From: Heterodontus francisci
Taxonomy: Eukaryota
Length of the DNA stretch: 64,000 bases
Reading direction: 5' to 3'
NCBI RefSeq assembly: GCF_036365525.1
Contig: NC_090376.1
Coordinates: 106,199,651-106,263,650, forward strand
Shown: one piece after another, positions 38,516-50,409 of the stretch
Layout of the letters: each line of letters starts with the position of its first letter
How positions within the stretch are numbered: position 1 is the stretch's first letter
The notes under the pieces: generated by a model
The model's database searches: none
Seen by the model: the letters and a program-made list of their open reading frames with translations, nothing else
What the model was told of the DNA's origin: nothing
Position numbers and translations under genes: made by a program

Positions 38516-39877
38516 TGTTACGACTGAGGTGGAAGGACTGCACTGTTTTTCTTTAGTTCCACTTCTCCACAGGTCACAACATATGTTTACCCAGTAACCG
38601 ATACGGCCAATTATATACTCTATTTTTATTTCAGGATAAAATCCACCAAATAGGTTTCTTTAATAAACAACAAAATTATAAATTTATTATAAAACAAGAC
38701 ATATTCAGTAAAGATGCAAAGCATTAACACACAGATTGAAATTTAAAAGTTCCCTTCTAACTTAGCCCAACACTCACACACATACACACACTGGTTAAAG
38801 AAAAAAATAGAGATTTTCTCTGCAGAGATACCTTTACAAAAATAAAAGGCAAAAAAAATACTTTGGCCAAATACTTGCTAATTCTTGAAGGAAAAGGATA
38901 AGATATGGAAGGATATCACTTGTCCCTTTTCTGGCATCCCAATTACGTGAAGACGGCTGTCACTGGGATCTTTTTGGAGCAGTTCGCTTCAGGAGAAGTT
39001 TAGGCTTTTACTCTCTAGAGTTTAGAAGAATGAGAGGATATCTAATTGAGGTATATAAGATGATTAAGGGGATTGACAAAGTAGATGTAGAGAGGATGTT
39101 TCCTCTTGTGGGGCAATCTAGAACGAGAGGTCATAGTTTTAGGATAAGTGGTCGCAGATTTAAAACAGAGATGAGGAGAAATTACTTCTCTCAAAGGGTC
39201 ATGAGTCTGTGGAATTCACTATCCCAATGTGCGGTGGATGCCAGGACATTGAGTAAATTTAAGGAGGAGATAGACAGATTTTTAATTAGTAATGGGTTGA
39301 AGGGTTATGGAGAACAGGCAGGAAAGTGGAGTTGAGGCCGAGATGAGATCAGTCATGATCTTATTGAATGGCGGAGCAGGCTCGAGGGTTGAATTGCCTA
39401 CTCCTGCTCCTAGTTCTTATGTTATTATGTTCTTATGTAACTTCGAGAATTAGTCTGGCAGGCTTTCCAGGAGAAATTCAGCATCAGGGGTTTTAGCTAT
39501 CACACACTGGATTCTCAGGGTTTCTCAGAGAGGTGGAGAAAGGATGAGCTGGGTGCTTCTCTCAGCAGGCTGAAAATCCAACTGACTCAAAACAATAGCT
39601 AAGCTGAAACCAAATCTTCACCACCAAAAATTTTGACATGTCACTTCTCCGTAAACAACTCCTATAGTCATAAGCCACCTACTGTTTATTTAGTTGAAGA
39701 CATGTGACTTCCAGTAACGGTTTTGAAACAAAGTCGAAAGTCCTTCTCATGACCTTTAAAAAAAAACAAAGTCTAGCATCCATGGAAACACTTCAGTCCT
39801 CCAAAGGAATCTATTTTCACAATTTTAAAACACAAGTCTTCATAAAAATATTTAAAAACGGAACTATTTTCATAACA
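38516..39877 (-). mobile_element. Solo LTR containing a CR1 insertion
   Basis: Termini TGTTACG and CATAACA, 4-bp TSD ATGT/GTGT (one mismatch). The first ~180 bp resemble the reverse complement of 41150-41331. Confidence 0.8.
39000..39438 (+). mobile_element. CR1 LINE 3' end
   Basis: MRGYLIEVYKMIKG..TRGHSFRI..YFSQRVMSLWNSL motif and (ATGTTCTT)n tail. Confidence 0.93.
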
Positions 39878-40158
39878 GTGTGGACTGCTTTGTGTATCAG
39901 GATGGCTCATGGACCGAGAGTGCTCACAGATTCTCAGTTGTGGCAGTGGAGGTCCTAGTGTAGTATTTAGAGAGGAGGATGGAAATCCAGTATCTGCAGT
40001 TAATCCATCCAACTAGTACAGCAGATGTAGGAGGTGCTCACCAACAAGGTCAAGCTGGGAGCCCCGCTCTCAGTACATGTCTCCAGTGCTGCCAAAAAAA
40101 AACAATATAACACAAATAGTCAATGTAAGCTCCCATTCTACCACACATTTCTCAATAC

Positions 40159-41331
40159 TGTTACAAGTGCTTTGTTTTGTTTAAAATAGGTGTGTGCCTT
40201 TAAGATTGAGAAAAAGATTTCTCTGAGAACAGTGAATGCTGAACTGGGTGGGGCACAGATTGAAAGGCAATCTGTTTTTCCAAGCCACTCAGCAGAGAGA
40301 AATGACTGTCTGCTGGGGAATTTTTTGTTTCCCTTTTGCAAGAAAAAAAATACTTTTGGCTGGAACCTGTTTTGGAGACCGGAAAAAGAGAATTCTCTCT
40401 GAAATAAATCAAAAGACCAGTTTACTGCTAGAAGGGGTAGGATGACAGCCCAGAAACGCTTTCTCTTGAAAAATAATTCCTGTATCAAGGGAAATTCTAA
40501 TCTCTTCATGAAGTTCAAAGATATTTGAAGGAATTGCAAAATTGAAGGTCTGGAAGCTAAAATGTTTGCCGCTGTTTATGCCTGAAGAGAGAGAGAAAAG
40601 ACCCAGGAAGAGGAGTTTCAACACTCTGTGGAGAATCACTGCTTTGCAGAAAGGCTCCTTTGCTGATAGGAAGCCTACATTGCTGAAGATAGTCTCCAGT
40701 CTCTGAAAAATCCCTACCTCAAGTGTGAGTCGTGTTGCATTGTTGTATTTTTTGGAAGCTCCTGAAATATCAAGCAAGTTTCTACTGTTGGATTGCTGCT
40801 TAGAAACCCAAGTAGACCTGTTGCTACACCTTTTGATGGGAGATCTGTGTGACACCTGCTGCAGACGAATTGCCTTGAATGCCTACCCACCATGGACTGT
40901 TCATTAACTTTACCTGGAAACTTTGAGTGGCATCTGACTATTCGACTCTGGGAAACATCACTGATCTGGAAATATTCTACCAGAAGTTACAACCCAGTTA
41001 TTTTATTATTCCTAAGAAACAGTTCTAACTTAAACCAATCTTTTAAAAACAGATTAACCAATCGGGTTTTGAATGTATGAGGGTTAGGAAGAATAAGAAG
41101 CCATAAAATCTGTTCATTTAAATTATCATTATCATTTAAAATTGGTTTATTAATAAATAGTTAATTTTTTGTTGTTTAAAGAAACCTGGTTTAGTGTGCT
41201 TTATTCTGGGGAATAAATACGGTGTTTAATTTGGCTAATTTCTAGTAGGCAGGAAATTTTATTTGATATTCTATGACCTGTGGAGTAGTGGGACTGAATT
41301 AACAGTGCATACGCCTGCCTTGGTTGTAACA
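40159..41331 (+). mobile_element. Solo LTR in intron 1 of the Myb/SANT remnant
   Basis: Inverted termini TGTTACA and TGTAACA, perfect 4-bp TSD (ATAC), AATAAA at ~41152. Confidence 0.88.
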
Positions 41332-43994
41332 ATACCTGTACCACCATATGTATTAAAACCTCAACACATTTACCTGCCATCTATCTATCCACTGACATTC
41401 ACACGCCCAATACTATAGCATCCCTTACAGGCACTTCAGACATATCACAATTCTGCAACCATGTGAGGCATCTCACACATGCACAAAAGACATGCCAATA
41501 CACTCATTCGCAATCACCACTATTTCTCTTCCAGGATGAGTTAGCACATAACAGGCAGCAACAGGTCCTGACCAGAAGAGGGGAAGCACAGCTGCTTGAC
41601 ATCACTTCCCTTGAGGAGGCAGTACTAGCATGACTGGGAAGAATGCGACAGATGCCTTGGCCACAGGCAGAACAGGGTCATTTGATTCAGAGGTATGTGG
41701 CCATGCCAGCTTTCACATATATCACAACTATTCCTGATCCCTAATCCCCAAACCTATCCTCACTCACAACCTCCATACGGTCTCATGCTCCTATAGTGGC
41801 CACACACACTGCACCCTAACCCTTCCAGCTTCATCATTGCAGGCGCCCAGGAGTAAGAGCCACTTCCCTTCTGGAAGAATTGGAAAAGGAGGAAGAGCCA
41901 CCTAGCCCCTCCCCCCACCCCCAGAGCAAAATAAGGAGGAAGAGGAAGGGCATTGCATCAATTGCTACCACTGTCATAGGCACTATCTTAGAGACTGGCA
42001 CCCCCTATAACTTAAAGGCTAGGTTAGAACTTGGATTGTCGCATGCAATAGTGGGTCACATCCATGTTGGGTGGAAGGGAAACCACAAATGTCACCTTGC
42101 CAGAGGGCAAGGTTCTATACTCGCTCTGTTGTAGAGGAGTCAGATGAGGACCTCGCAGGGCCAAGCTTCAGAAAAAGGCACATGGGTTTGACAAACCAAA
42201 AGCTTGGTGCACAGGAGAGCCTGTCTGAAACCTTACGAGTCATGGCTATGGGCTTGGAGGAGTTCGTCTCTAACCTAGTGGCTTGCGGAGCCAACATCGG
42301 CAGTATCTGATGACTGAGGTTGCAACTTCCACTGCAGTCATTGCAGCTTGCATGAAAGTCCAAACAGCTTCCATTGCATTGCTCGCATCTTCCACAGAAT
42401 GGCAAAGTACTGCCATGGAAGATTAGGCAGCTGTCATGGTGGCTTTGGGGTCCTTGGCTGAAAGGCAATTGCAGGGTAGCTCAACAGCCCAACATCTGTC
42501 CTCCTACAGATCACTGGGCTGGCTGAACAGAAGCTATGAGGTAGTGGCATAGGAATCATGGAGCAGGAGCCTCCTCATCTCTCTGGATGTCAGCATTCCT
42601 CCTCCCTCCCCTGCCACTCCATCTTTGCCCTTACAGTTACTTGTCAGCCAGGCAGCCCAGACTTCTCCAGCCATGCTGTGATGGTGCCATCTGTGGCAGG
42701 GCCATCACAGTCCACAGCCTCTTGAGGGTATCCCAGGAATACATCTGAATTGTCCTCTTCAAGTTCGTAGCAGCCATCCACCTCAAACAGTGCTGCCACT
42801 CGGGTTGCACATCATAGAAGCACCAGAGTAGGCAACAGCACTTATAAATAGTCACTAAGGGTAAGCACCAGGGTGAATAGTTTAATATTTGTAAATGCTG
42901 TTGGTCATATCATGTTTTCATTGTTTGTTTAAACTCTAGATAAAGAGTAATGATGGTAACCGGGCAGTAGCGGAATTGGTGGTCTTTACATGGGGGGTTG
43001 CAAGGATTGAGCGCAGATGGTGGACTTCTTGATAGATCCTCAGTTGTGGAGGTAAGGCATTTGGCAACAGTGCTCTGAAGTCTGATGCTGAAGGTCATCT
43101 CTCAAAACAGCCCATCAATTACATGGTGGTGGACATCCCTTCTAAGTGAGGGCTGTGCACCTGGAAACCTCTGGTGCTCCCTCTGGTCCTCCTTGTATTA
43201 CTTCTCCTCATCATCCTCCTCCTCTCTCTCCTCCTCCTCTTGTAGCTCCTAAGCTTGACTTTCTGGCACAATTACTGGGGGCAACGGCTAGCCTCTCATG
43301 ATCACCAGATTGTGGAGCATACAGCAAATCACCACATATCTGTAGCCCTCCTTTTCCTCATGTCTCTCTCTTCTCCAGCAGCTGGCGCTGTTCTGCCTGG
43401 CTCATCTCTTCCTTCCATTCCTCCTCATGACCAAGGGGGACCCCTAGTAAGATTCCATGACCATCTACTCCCTTTCTCCTGGTGACTCCTATACAGACTC
43501 CAATAATGTAAAGTAGCACAGCACTCACACTCTTTAGATGAAGTCCTCAGACAATTTCTGTAATAAATGTTAGTACAGTGTTGGTGATGTCTTGATAAAA
43601 TATCCCAGAAAGTCCTCTTAAAACGCAATGCAACCAGTCAATCTCCAGCAGCAAGTGAACAGTGAAAGCTGAGCGTGGCTTTAAGGGGTACTTGCAATTC
43701 GCTTCAATGACTTCTTTACTCCTGTTCAGCTGGTCGTGGTAAGGAGAGGTCGTTAATTGCAGTTCTAGCCAGAAAATGGTGTGCAGCCTCTTTGATGACC
43801 GTGGAGCCAAATTAATTGGTTACCAGTGCCTTAATTGTCCCCAGGGTGGCCGTTCCTAGCACACACTTCAACTCTTTTACCAAGATAGCGTTTTGGCTAA
43901 AGATGGCTAACCAGGTTTTATAGATCAGACTCCATCTTGGCCACCTCAAACACTCTTTAGTGCCTAAACTATCTGGGGAAAATAGTCCCCATTC

Positions 43995-44700
43995 TCTTTA
44001 ATAATCTCCACTTCACAATCCTATGCCCACTTTGGATTGTTCTACAATTTTAACAGCAACCTCCTCTTTGGAAAATGCAGTAAAATATATATTTAGTAAC
44101 TTTCCGATTCCCTCACTCGGCACTAAAAGCTTTCCTCCTTCAACACATGGTGGTCCTACCCAATCCTAGCCAGTACACTGACTGTGTACTCACCAAGTCT
44201 TTTTACTGCCTTTCTTTTTTTTTGTTGCTATTTTTGTCTCATTCTCCATCTTAGCCTTTCTAATCTCCGTTGTAGTTTCCTATATATTATTTACATTTGT
44301 ACAATCTTTTATTTTTATTATATGTTCTATAAGTGCTAAATATTTTTTCAGTTTCAAATTTGACGTAATAGCTCTATTCATGAATAGAATTCCAGCCTTT
44401 GATATACCACCTTTCTTCTTTACTAGCATATCTTTCATTTGCACCATTTCTGTCTCCTATTTAAAATATTTCCCATTTCAAATCTAAATTCTATCTTTCA
44501 GTTTTCTATTCTATTTTATCTTGGCAATGTCCCTGTTTTATCTTGCCAAAATTTAATTTTTTTTCCCCTTTCTTGTTAAGTATCCTTATCCTTACCTTTT
44601 CTTTTTCTGTTCTATTACGCTAAACTGATTTATATTTTATCATCATTACCCAAATGTGCCCTGACTTTTAGTTCCCTTACAAGCTCCACTTTATTATCTC
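43995..44700 (-). mobile_element. Highly degraded CR1-group LINE (EN/linker region)
   Basis: Minus-strand remnants resemble 'LLNIYFTAFSKEE' and 'HLG.DD' motifs, with an A-rich sense strand. Confidence 0.45.
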
Positions 44701-45069
44701 CAAGGTGTTTTTAACACTTTGATGATTATAAGATTATTGACTCAACTTCTATGCAACCTATCAAAAAAAAACACAAACATTTTGAAAACCAAACATGTTG
44801 GCGTCTAAATTTAATATCATTGTGCCTATCTATGTACCTCAAAGGGGAGCAACAATAAGCAATTCAGCAGTGCAGAGTCCCAAGGTCAAAATGCACAGGA
44901 GTTTAGACCATTGCTAAATTGATCGGGCATTTTTTTTTGACAGGCCTGGTTACTGTTTGAACATAACACAGGCCTCATTTCAAAACTCATGCGCTCATAA
45001 CAGACCTGGTTTGCTAAATACGTTTCTGCTGGATGGAACTTGCACTTCAGAAGATCTGACTTGCCTTTA

Positions 45070-45664
45070 ACTAAAAACGAGGTACCAAGCTGGTGAAGCT
45101 ACAACATGAGACTACAAATATGGTAAACACCAGAAGCAGCATACTAAAGACAGAATTAAGCAATCCCACAACCAAGGGATCAGATCAAAGATTTGCAATC
45201 TGCTACATTCAGTCTTGAATAGTGGTAGACAATTAAACAACTAACGGGAGAAGGAGGCTACACATACATTCCCATCCCGAATGATTGTGAAGCCCATCAT
45301 GTTGTGCAAAAGACAAGGGTGAAGTGTTTGCAACCATCTTATGTCAGAAGTGATGAGTAATCCAGCTTGGCCTCCTCCCGAGGGTCCCAGCATCAAAAAT
45401 GGTAGTCTTCAGCCAATTTGATTAACTCTATGTGATATCAAGAAAGGGTTCACCACACTGAAAACAGCAAAGGCTATGGGCCCCGATATCATCCCAGCTG
45501 TAGTGCTGAAGACCTGTGCTCCGTAACTAGTGGCATCCGTGGTCAAGCTGTTCAAGTACAGCTGCAATAGTGGCAACTACCTGACAATGTGAAAAATTGC
45601 CCAGGTATCTCTTGTCCACAAAAAGAGGGACAAATCCAATCTGGCCATTTACTGCCCTATCATT
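45070..45664 (+). mobile_element. CR1-group LINE ORF2, left part of an older host copy
   Basis: KAMGPDIIPAVVLKTCAP motif; homologous to 47030-47620 (-). Confidence 0.85.
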
Positions 45665-48600
45665 CTTCTTTTTTAAAATTCATTCATGGGATGTGGGCGT
45701 CGCTGGCCAGGCCAGCATTTATTGCCCATCCCTAATTGTCCTTGAAAAGGTGGTGGTGAGCTGCCTTCTTGAACCGCTGCAGTCCATGTGAGGTAGGTAC
45801 ACCCACAGTGCTGTTAGGAAGGGAGTTCCAGGATTTTGACCCAGTGACAGTGAAGGAACGGTGATATAGTTCCAAGTCAGCATGGTGTGTGACTTGGAGG
45901 GGAAGTTGCAGTTGGTGGTGTTCCCGTGCATTTGCTGCCCTTGTCATTCTAGTTGGTAGAGGTCATGGGTTTGGAAGGTGCTGTCCAAGGAACCTTGGTG
46001 TTGTTGTAGTGCATCTTGTAGATGGTACACACTCCTGCCACTGTGTGTCGGTGGTGGAGCGATTGAATGTTTGTGGATGGGATGCCAATCAAGCGGGCTG
46101 CTTTGTCCTGGATGGTGTTGAGTTTCTTGAGTGTTGTTGGAGCTGCAGCCATCCAGACAAGTGGAGAGTATTCCATCACATTCCTGACTTGTGCCTTGTA
46201 GATGGTGTACAGGCTTTGAGGAGTCAGAAGGTGAGTTACTCACCGCAGGATTCCTAGCCTCTGACCTGCTGTTGTAGCCACAGTATTTATATGGCTACTC
46301 CAGTTCAGTTTTTGGTCAATGGTAGCCCCTAGGATGTTGATAGTGGGGGATTCAGTGATGGTAATGCCATTGAATGTCAAGGGGAGATGGTTAGATTCTC
46401 TCTTGTTGGAGATGGTCATTGCGTGGTACTTGTGTGGGGCAAATGTTGCTTGCCTCTTATCAGCCCTAGCCTGGATATTGTCTGGGTCTTGCTGCATTTC
46501 TACATGGACTGCTTCAGTATCTGAGGAGTTGCGAATGGTGCTGAACATTGTGCAATCATCAGCGATCATCCCCAATTCTGAGCTTATAATTGAAGGAAAG
46601 TCATTAATGAAGCAGCTGAAGATGGTTGGGCCTAGGACACTACCCTGAGGAACTCCTGCAGTGATGTCTTGGAGCTCAGATGATTGACCTCCAACAACCA
46701 CAACCATCTTCCTTTGCGCAAGGTATGACTCCAACCAGTGGAGAGTTTTGCCCCTGATTCCCATTGACTTCAGTTTTGCTTGGGCTCTTTGATGCCATAC
46801 TCAGTCAAATGCTGCCTTAATGTCAAGGGCAGTCACTTTCACCTCACCTCTTGACTTCAGCTCTTTTGTCCGTGTTTGTACCAAGGCTGTAATGAGGTCA
46901 GGAGCTGAGGAGGAACACAAACTGAGCATCACTGAACAGGTTATTGCTAAGCAAGTGCCACTTGATGGCACTGTTGATGACACCTTCCATCACTTTGCTG
47001 ATGATTGGAGTAGGCTGCTGGGGTGGTAATTGGCCGGGTTGACCTTGTCCTGCGTTTTGTGTACAGGACATACCTGGTCAATTTTCCACATTGCAGGGTC
47101 GATGCCAGTGTTGTAGCTGTACTGGAGCAGCTTGGCTAGAGGCGCAGCAGGTTCTGGAGTACAGGTCTTCAGTACTATTGCTGGAATATTGTCAGGGCCC
47201 ATAGCCTTTGCAGTATCCAGTGACTTCAGTCGTTTCTTCATAACACGCGGAGTGAATCGAATTGGCCAAAGTCTGGCATCTGTGATATTGGGGAATTCAG
47301 GAGGAGGCTGAGATGGATCATCAACTCGGCACTTCTGGCTGAAGATTGTAGCAAATGCTTCAGCTTTGTCTTTTGCACTGATGTGCTGGGCTTCCCCATC
47401 GCTGAGGATGGGAATATTTCTGGAGCTTCCTCCTGTTAGTTGTTTTCTTGTCCACTACGATTCACGACTGGATGTGGCAGGGCTGCAGAGTTTTGATCTG
47501 ATCCATTGGTTGTGGGATCGCTTAGCTTTGTCTATCGCCTGCTGCTTCCACTGTATGGCATGCAAGTAGTGCTGTGCTGTAGTTTCACCAGGCTGACACC
47601 TCATTTTTAGGTATGCCTGGTGCTGTTCCTGGCTTTCCCTCCTGCACTCTTCATTGAACCCAGGTTGCTCCCCTGGCTTGATGGTAATGGTAGAGTGGGG
47701 GATATGCCATGCCATGAGGTTAGAGATTGTGGTTGAATACAGTTCGGTGCTGCTGATGGCCCACAGCACCTCATGGATGCTCAGTTTTGAGTTGCTAGAT
47801 CTGTATGAAGTCTATCCCATTTAACACGCTGGTAATGTTACACAATACGATGGTGGGTATCCTCAGTGTGAAGATGGGATTTTGTCTCCATAAGGACTGT
47901 GCGGTGGTCACTCCTACCCGTACTATCATGGACAGATTCATCTGCGACAGGCAGATTGGTGAGGACAAGGTCAAGTAGGTTTTTCCCTCTTCTTGATTCT
48001 CTCACCACCAGCCGGAGACACAGTTTAACAGCTATGTCTTCTAGGACTCGGCCAGCAGTGGTGCTCCTGAGCCACTCTTGCTGATGGACATTGAAGACCC
48101 CACCCAGAGTACATTCTGTGCCCTTGTTATCCTCAGTGCTTCTCCATGTTGAACACCAATTGGAAGAAGCACTGATTCATCAGCCGAGGTTAGGGGGGCG
48201 GGGGGCAGTAGGTGGTAATCAACAGGTGGTTTCCTTGCCCATTTTTGACCTGATACCATGAGACTTCATGGGGTCTCGGCTTAATATTGAGGACTCCCAG
48301 GGCAACTGCCTCCTGACTGTATAGCACTGTGCCGCCACCTCTGGTGGGTCTGTCCTACCGGTGGGACAGGACATACCCAGAGATGTTGATGTGGTTTCAG
48401 GGACATTGTAAGTTATGATTCCGTGAGTATGACTATGTCAGGCTGTTGCTTGACTAGTCTGTGGGACAGCCCTCCCAATTTTGGCACAAGTCCCCAGATG
48501 TTAATACGGAAGAATTTTCAGTATCGACAGGACTGGTTTTGCCATTGTCATTTCCAGGGCCTCGGTCAATGCCGGGTGGTCCATCCACTTTCATTCCTTT

Positions 48601-48935
48601 TCTTAAGCTTTGTAGCAGTTCTGATACAACTGAGTGGCTTGCTAGGCCATTTCAGTAGGCATTTAAGAGTCAACCACACTGCTGTGGGTCTGGAGTCACA
48701 TGTAGGCCAGACCAAGTAAGGACAGCAGATTTCCTTCCCTAAAGGACATTAGTGAACCAGATGGTTTTTTTGCAACAATCAACAATACATTCATGGTCAC
48801 CATTTGACTAGCTTTTCCAGATAATTCCAGATTCATTCATCTGGTGTGGTGGGATTTGAACCTATGTCCCCAGAGCATTAGCCTAGGCCTCTGGATTACT
48901 ATCCAGTGACATTACTATTGTGCCACCGCCTTGCC
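45665..48935 (-). mobile_element. Near full-length (~3.3 kb) single-ORF CR1-group LINE with tRNA/SINE-like 5' UTR; ORF disrupted
   Basis: APE N-terminus (NIWGLVPKLG.LSHRLVKQQPDIVILTES) at ~48515, RT motifs ALDIKAAFD, GVPQGSVLGP and ADDCT, 3' tail at 45665-45745, and Pol III boxes at the 5' end. Confidence 0.88.
48852..48925 (-). promoter_or_regulatory. Internal RNA polymerase III type-2 promoter (A and B boxes) at the LINE 5' end
   Basis: A-box-like TGGCACAATAG (48925-48915) and consensus B-box GGTTCAAATCC (48862-48852). Confidence 0.65.
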
Positions 48936-48944
48936 TGTAAACGC

Positions 48945-50245
48945 CTAGTACTATCAAGTGGCATTTACTTAGCAATAATTTACTCAACAATGCTCAGTTT
49001 GCATTCTGCCAGGGCCGCTTGGCCCCAGACCTCATTACAGCCTTTGCGCAAACGTGGATAAAAGAGCTGAATTCCAGAGATGAGGTGAGAGTGACTGCCT
49101 TTGACATCAAGGCAGCATTTGACCAAGCGTGGCATCAAGGAGCCAAAGTAAAATTGAAGTCAATGGGAATCGGGGGAAAATCTGCACTGGTTGGAGTCAC
49201 ATCCAGCCCAAAGAAAGATGGTTGTGATTGTTGAAGGCCAATTATCTCAGCCACAGGACAGTGCTGCAGGAGTTTCTCAGGGCTGTGAACTATGCAGAAT
49301 CTTCTTCAGGGGCTTCATGAATAACCTTCCCTCTACTATAATGTCAGAAGTGGGGACGCTCGCTGATGATTGCACAGTCCTCAGTGCCATTCGTAACTCC
49401 TCAGATACTGAAGCAGTCAATGCTTGCATGCAGCGAGACCTGGAGAACATTCTGCCTTTGACTGAGTAGTAGCAATTAACATTCATGCCACACAAGTGCC
49501 AGGCAATGACCATCTCCAACAAGAGAGAATCTAACCATTTCCCCTTGCCAGTTAATGGCATTACCATCACTGAAACCTCCACCATCAACATCCTGGAGGT
49601 TGCCATTTGGCCAGAAACTAAACTGAACCAGCCATATGAATACTGTGGCTACAAGAACTGGTCAGAGGCTAGGAATTCTGCAACAAGTGACTGACTTCCT
49701 GACTCCCCAAAGCCTGTCCACCATCTACAAGTCACAAGTCATGTGTGTGATGGAACACTTCCCACTTGCCTGGATGAGTGCAGCTCCAACAACACTCAAG
49801 AATCTCAATACCATCCAGTGCAAAGCATCCCGCTTGCTTGGCACCCCATCCACCATCTGAAGCATTCACTCCCTGCACCACTAGTACAGAGTGGCAGCAG
49901 TGTTTACCATCTACAAGATCCACTGCAGCAACATGGCAAGGCTTGTTCAACAGTGCCTTCTAAAAGCACAATCACTATCACCTGGAAGAACAAGAGCAGC
50001 AGACTCATGGGAACACCACCTACATGTTCCCTTCTAAGTCAGAAAACATCCTGACATGTAACATGTCACTGTCGCTGGGTCAAAATCTGAAACTCCCTAC
50101 TTAACAGCACTGTGGTTGTACCTACACCACATAGACTGCAGTCATTCAAGAAGGTGGCCACCACCTTCTCAATGGCAATAAAGGATGGACAATAAATGTT
50201 GGCCTTTCCAACGATGCCCACATCCCATGATTGAATAGAAAAAAA
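48945..50245 (+). mobile_element. CR1-group LINE RT and 3' end, right part of the older host copy
   Basis: APDLITA..AFDIKAAFDQAWHQG and ADDCT motifs; 3' tail CACATCCCATGATTGAATAGAAAAAA. Confidence 0.88.
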
Positions 50246-50409
50246 GTGGCGTGAGCAGCCTGACCAGTTGTCCTTAAAGCCCACTGGAGGCCACTGAAAT
50301 AAAATCTTGCAAAATTGTGTTTTTGTGGAGTCGAATCTCCTCCTGATTCCACAAAACACCTCAGCTTTCTACCATCGCACCATCACCCTCAGCCCTCTCG
50401 CTATCACAC

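Larger units (their letters stand above)
38472..43990 (+). mobile_element. Decayed PIF/Harbinger element carrying a 3-exon Myb/SANT gene remnant; host of two solo LTRs
   Basis: Exon-like blocks at 39902-40124 (RFSVVAVEVLV; LQC..KK; GTAAG donor), 41535-41692 (DELAHNRQQQVLTRRG..ITSLEEAVL) and 41843-~42880. A possible transposase N-terminal remnant lies on the minus strand at ~42950-43600. Outer boundaries are uncertain. Confidence 0.6.

Noticed and set aside
48840-48935. Standalone tRNA gene
   Set aside because: A-B box spacing is extended, I see no clear cloverleaf or poly-T terminator, and the sequence runs into a retroposon body.
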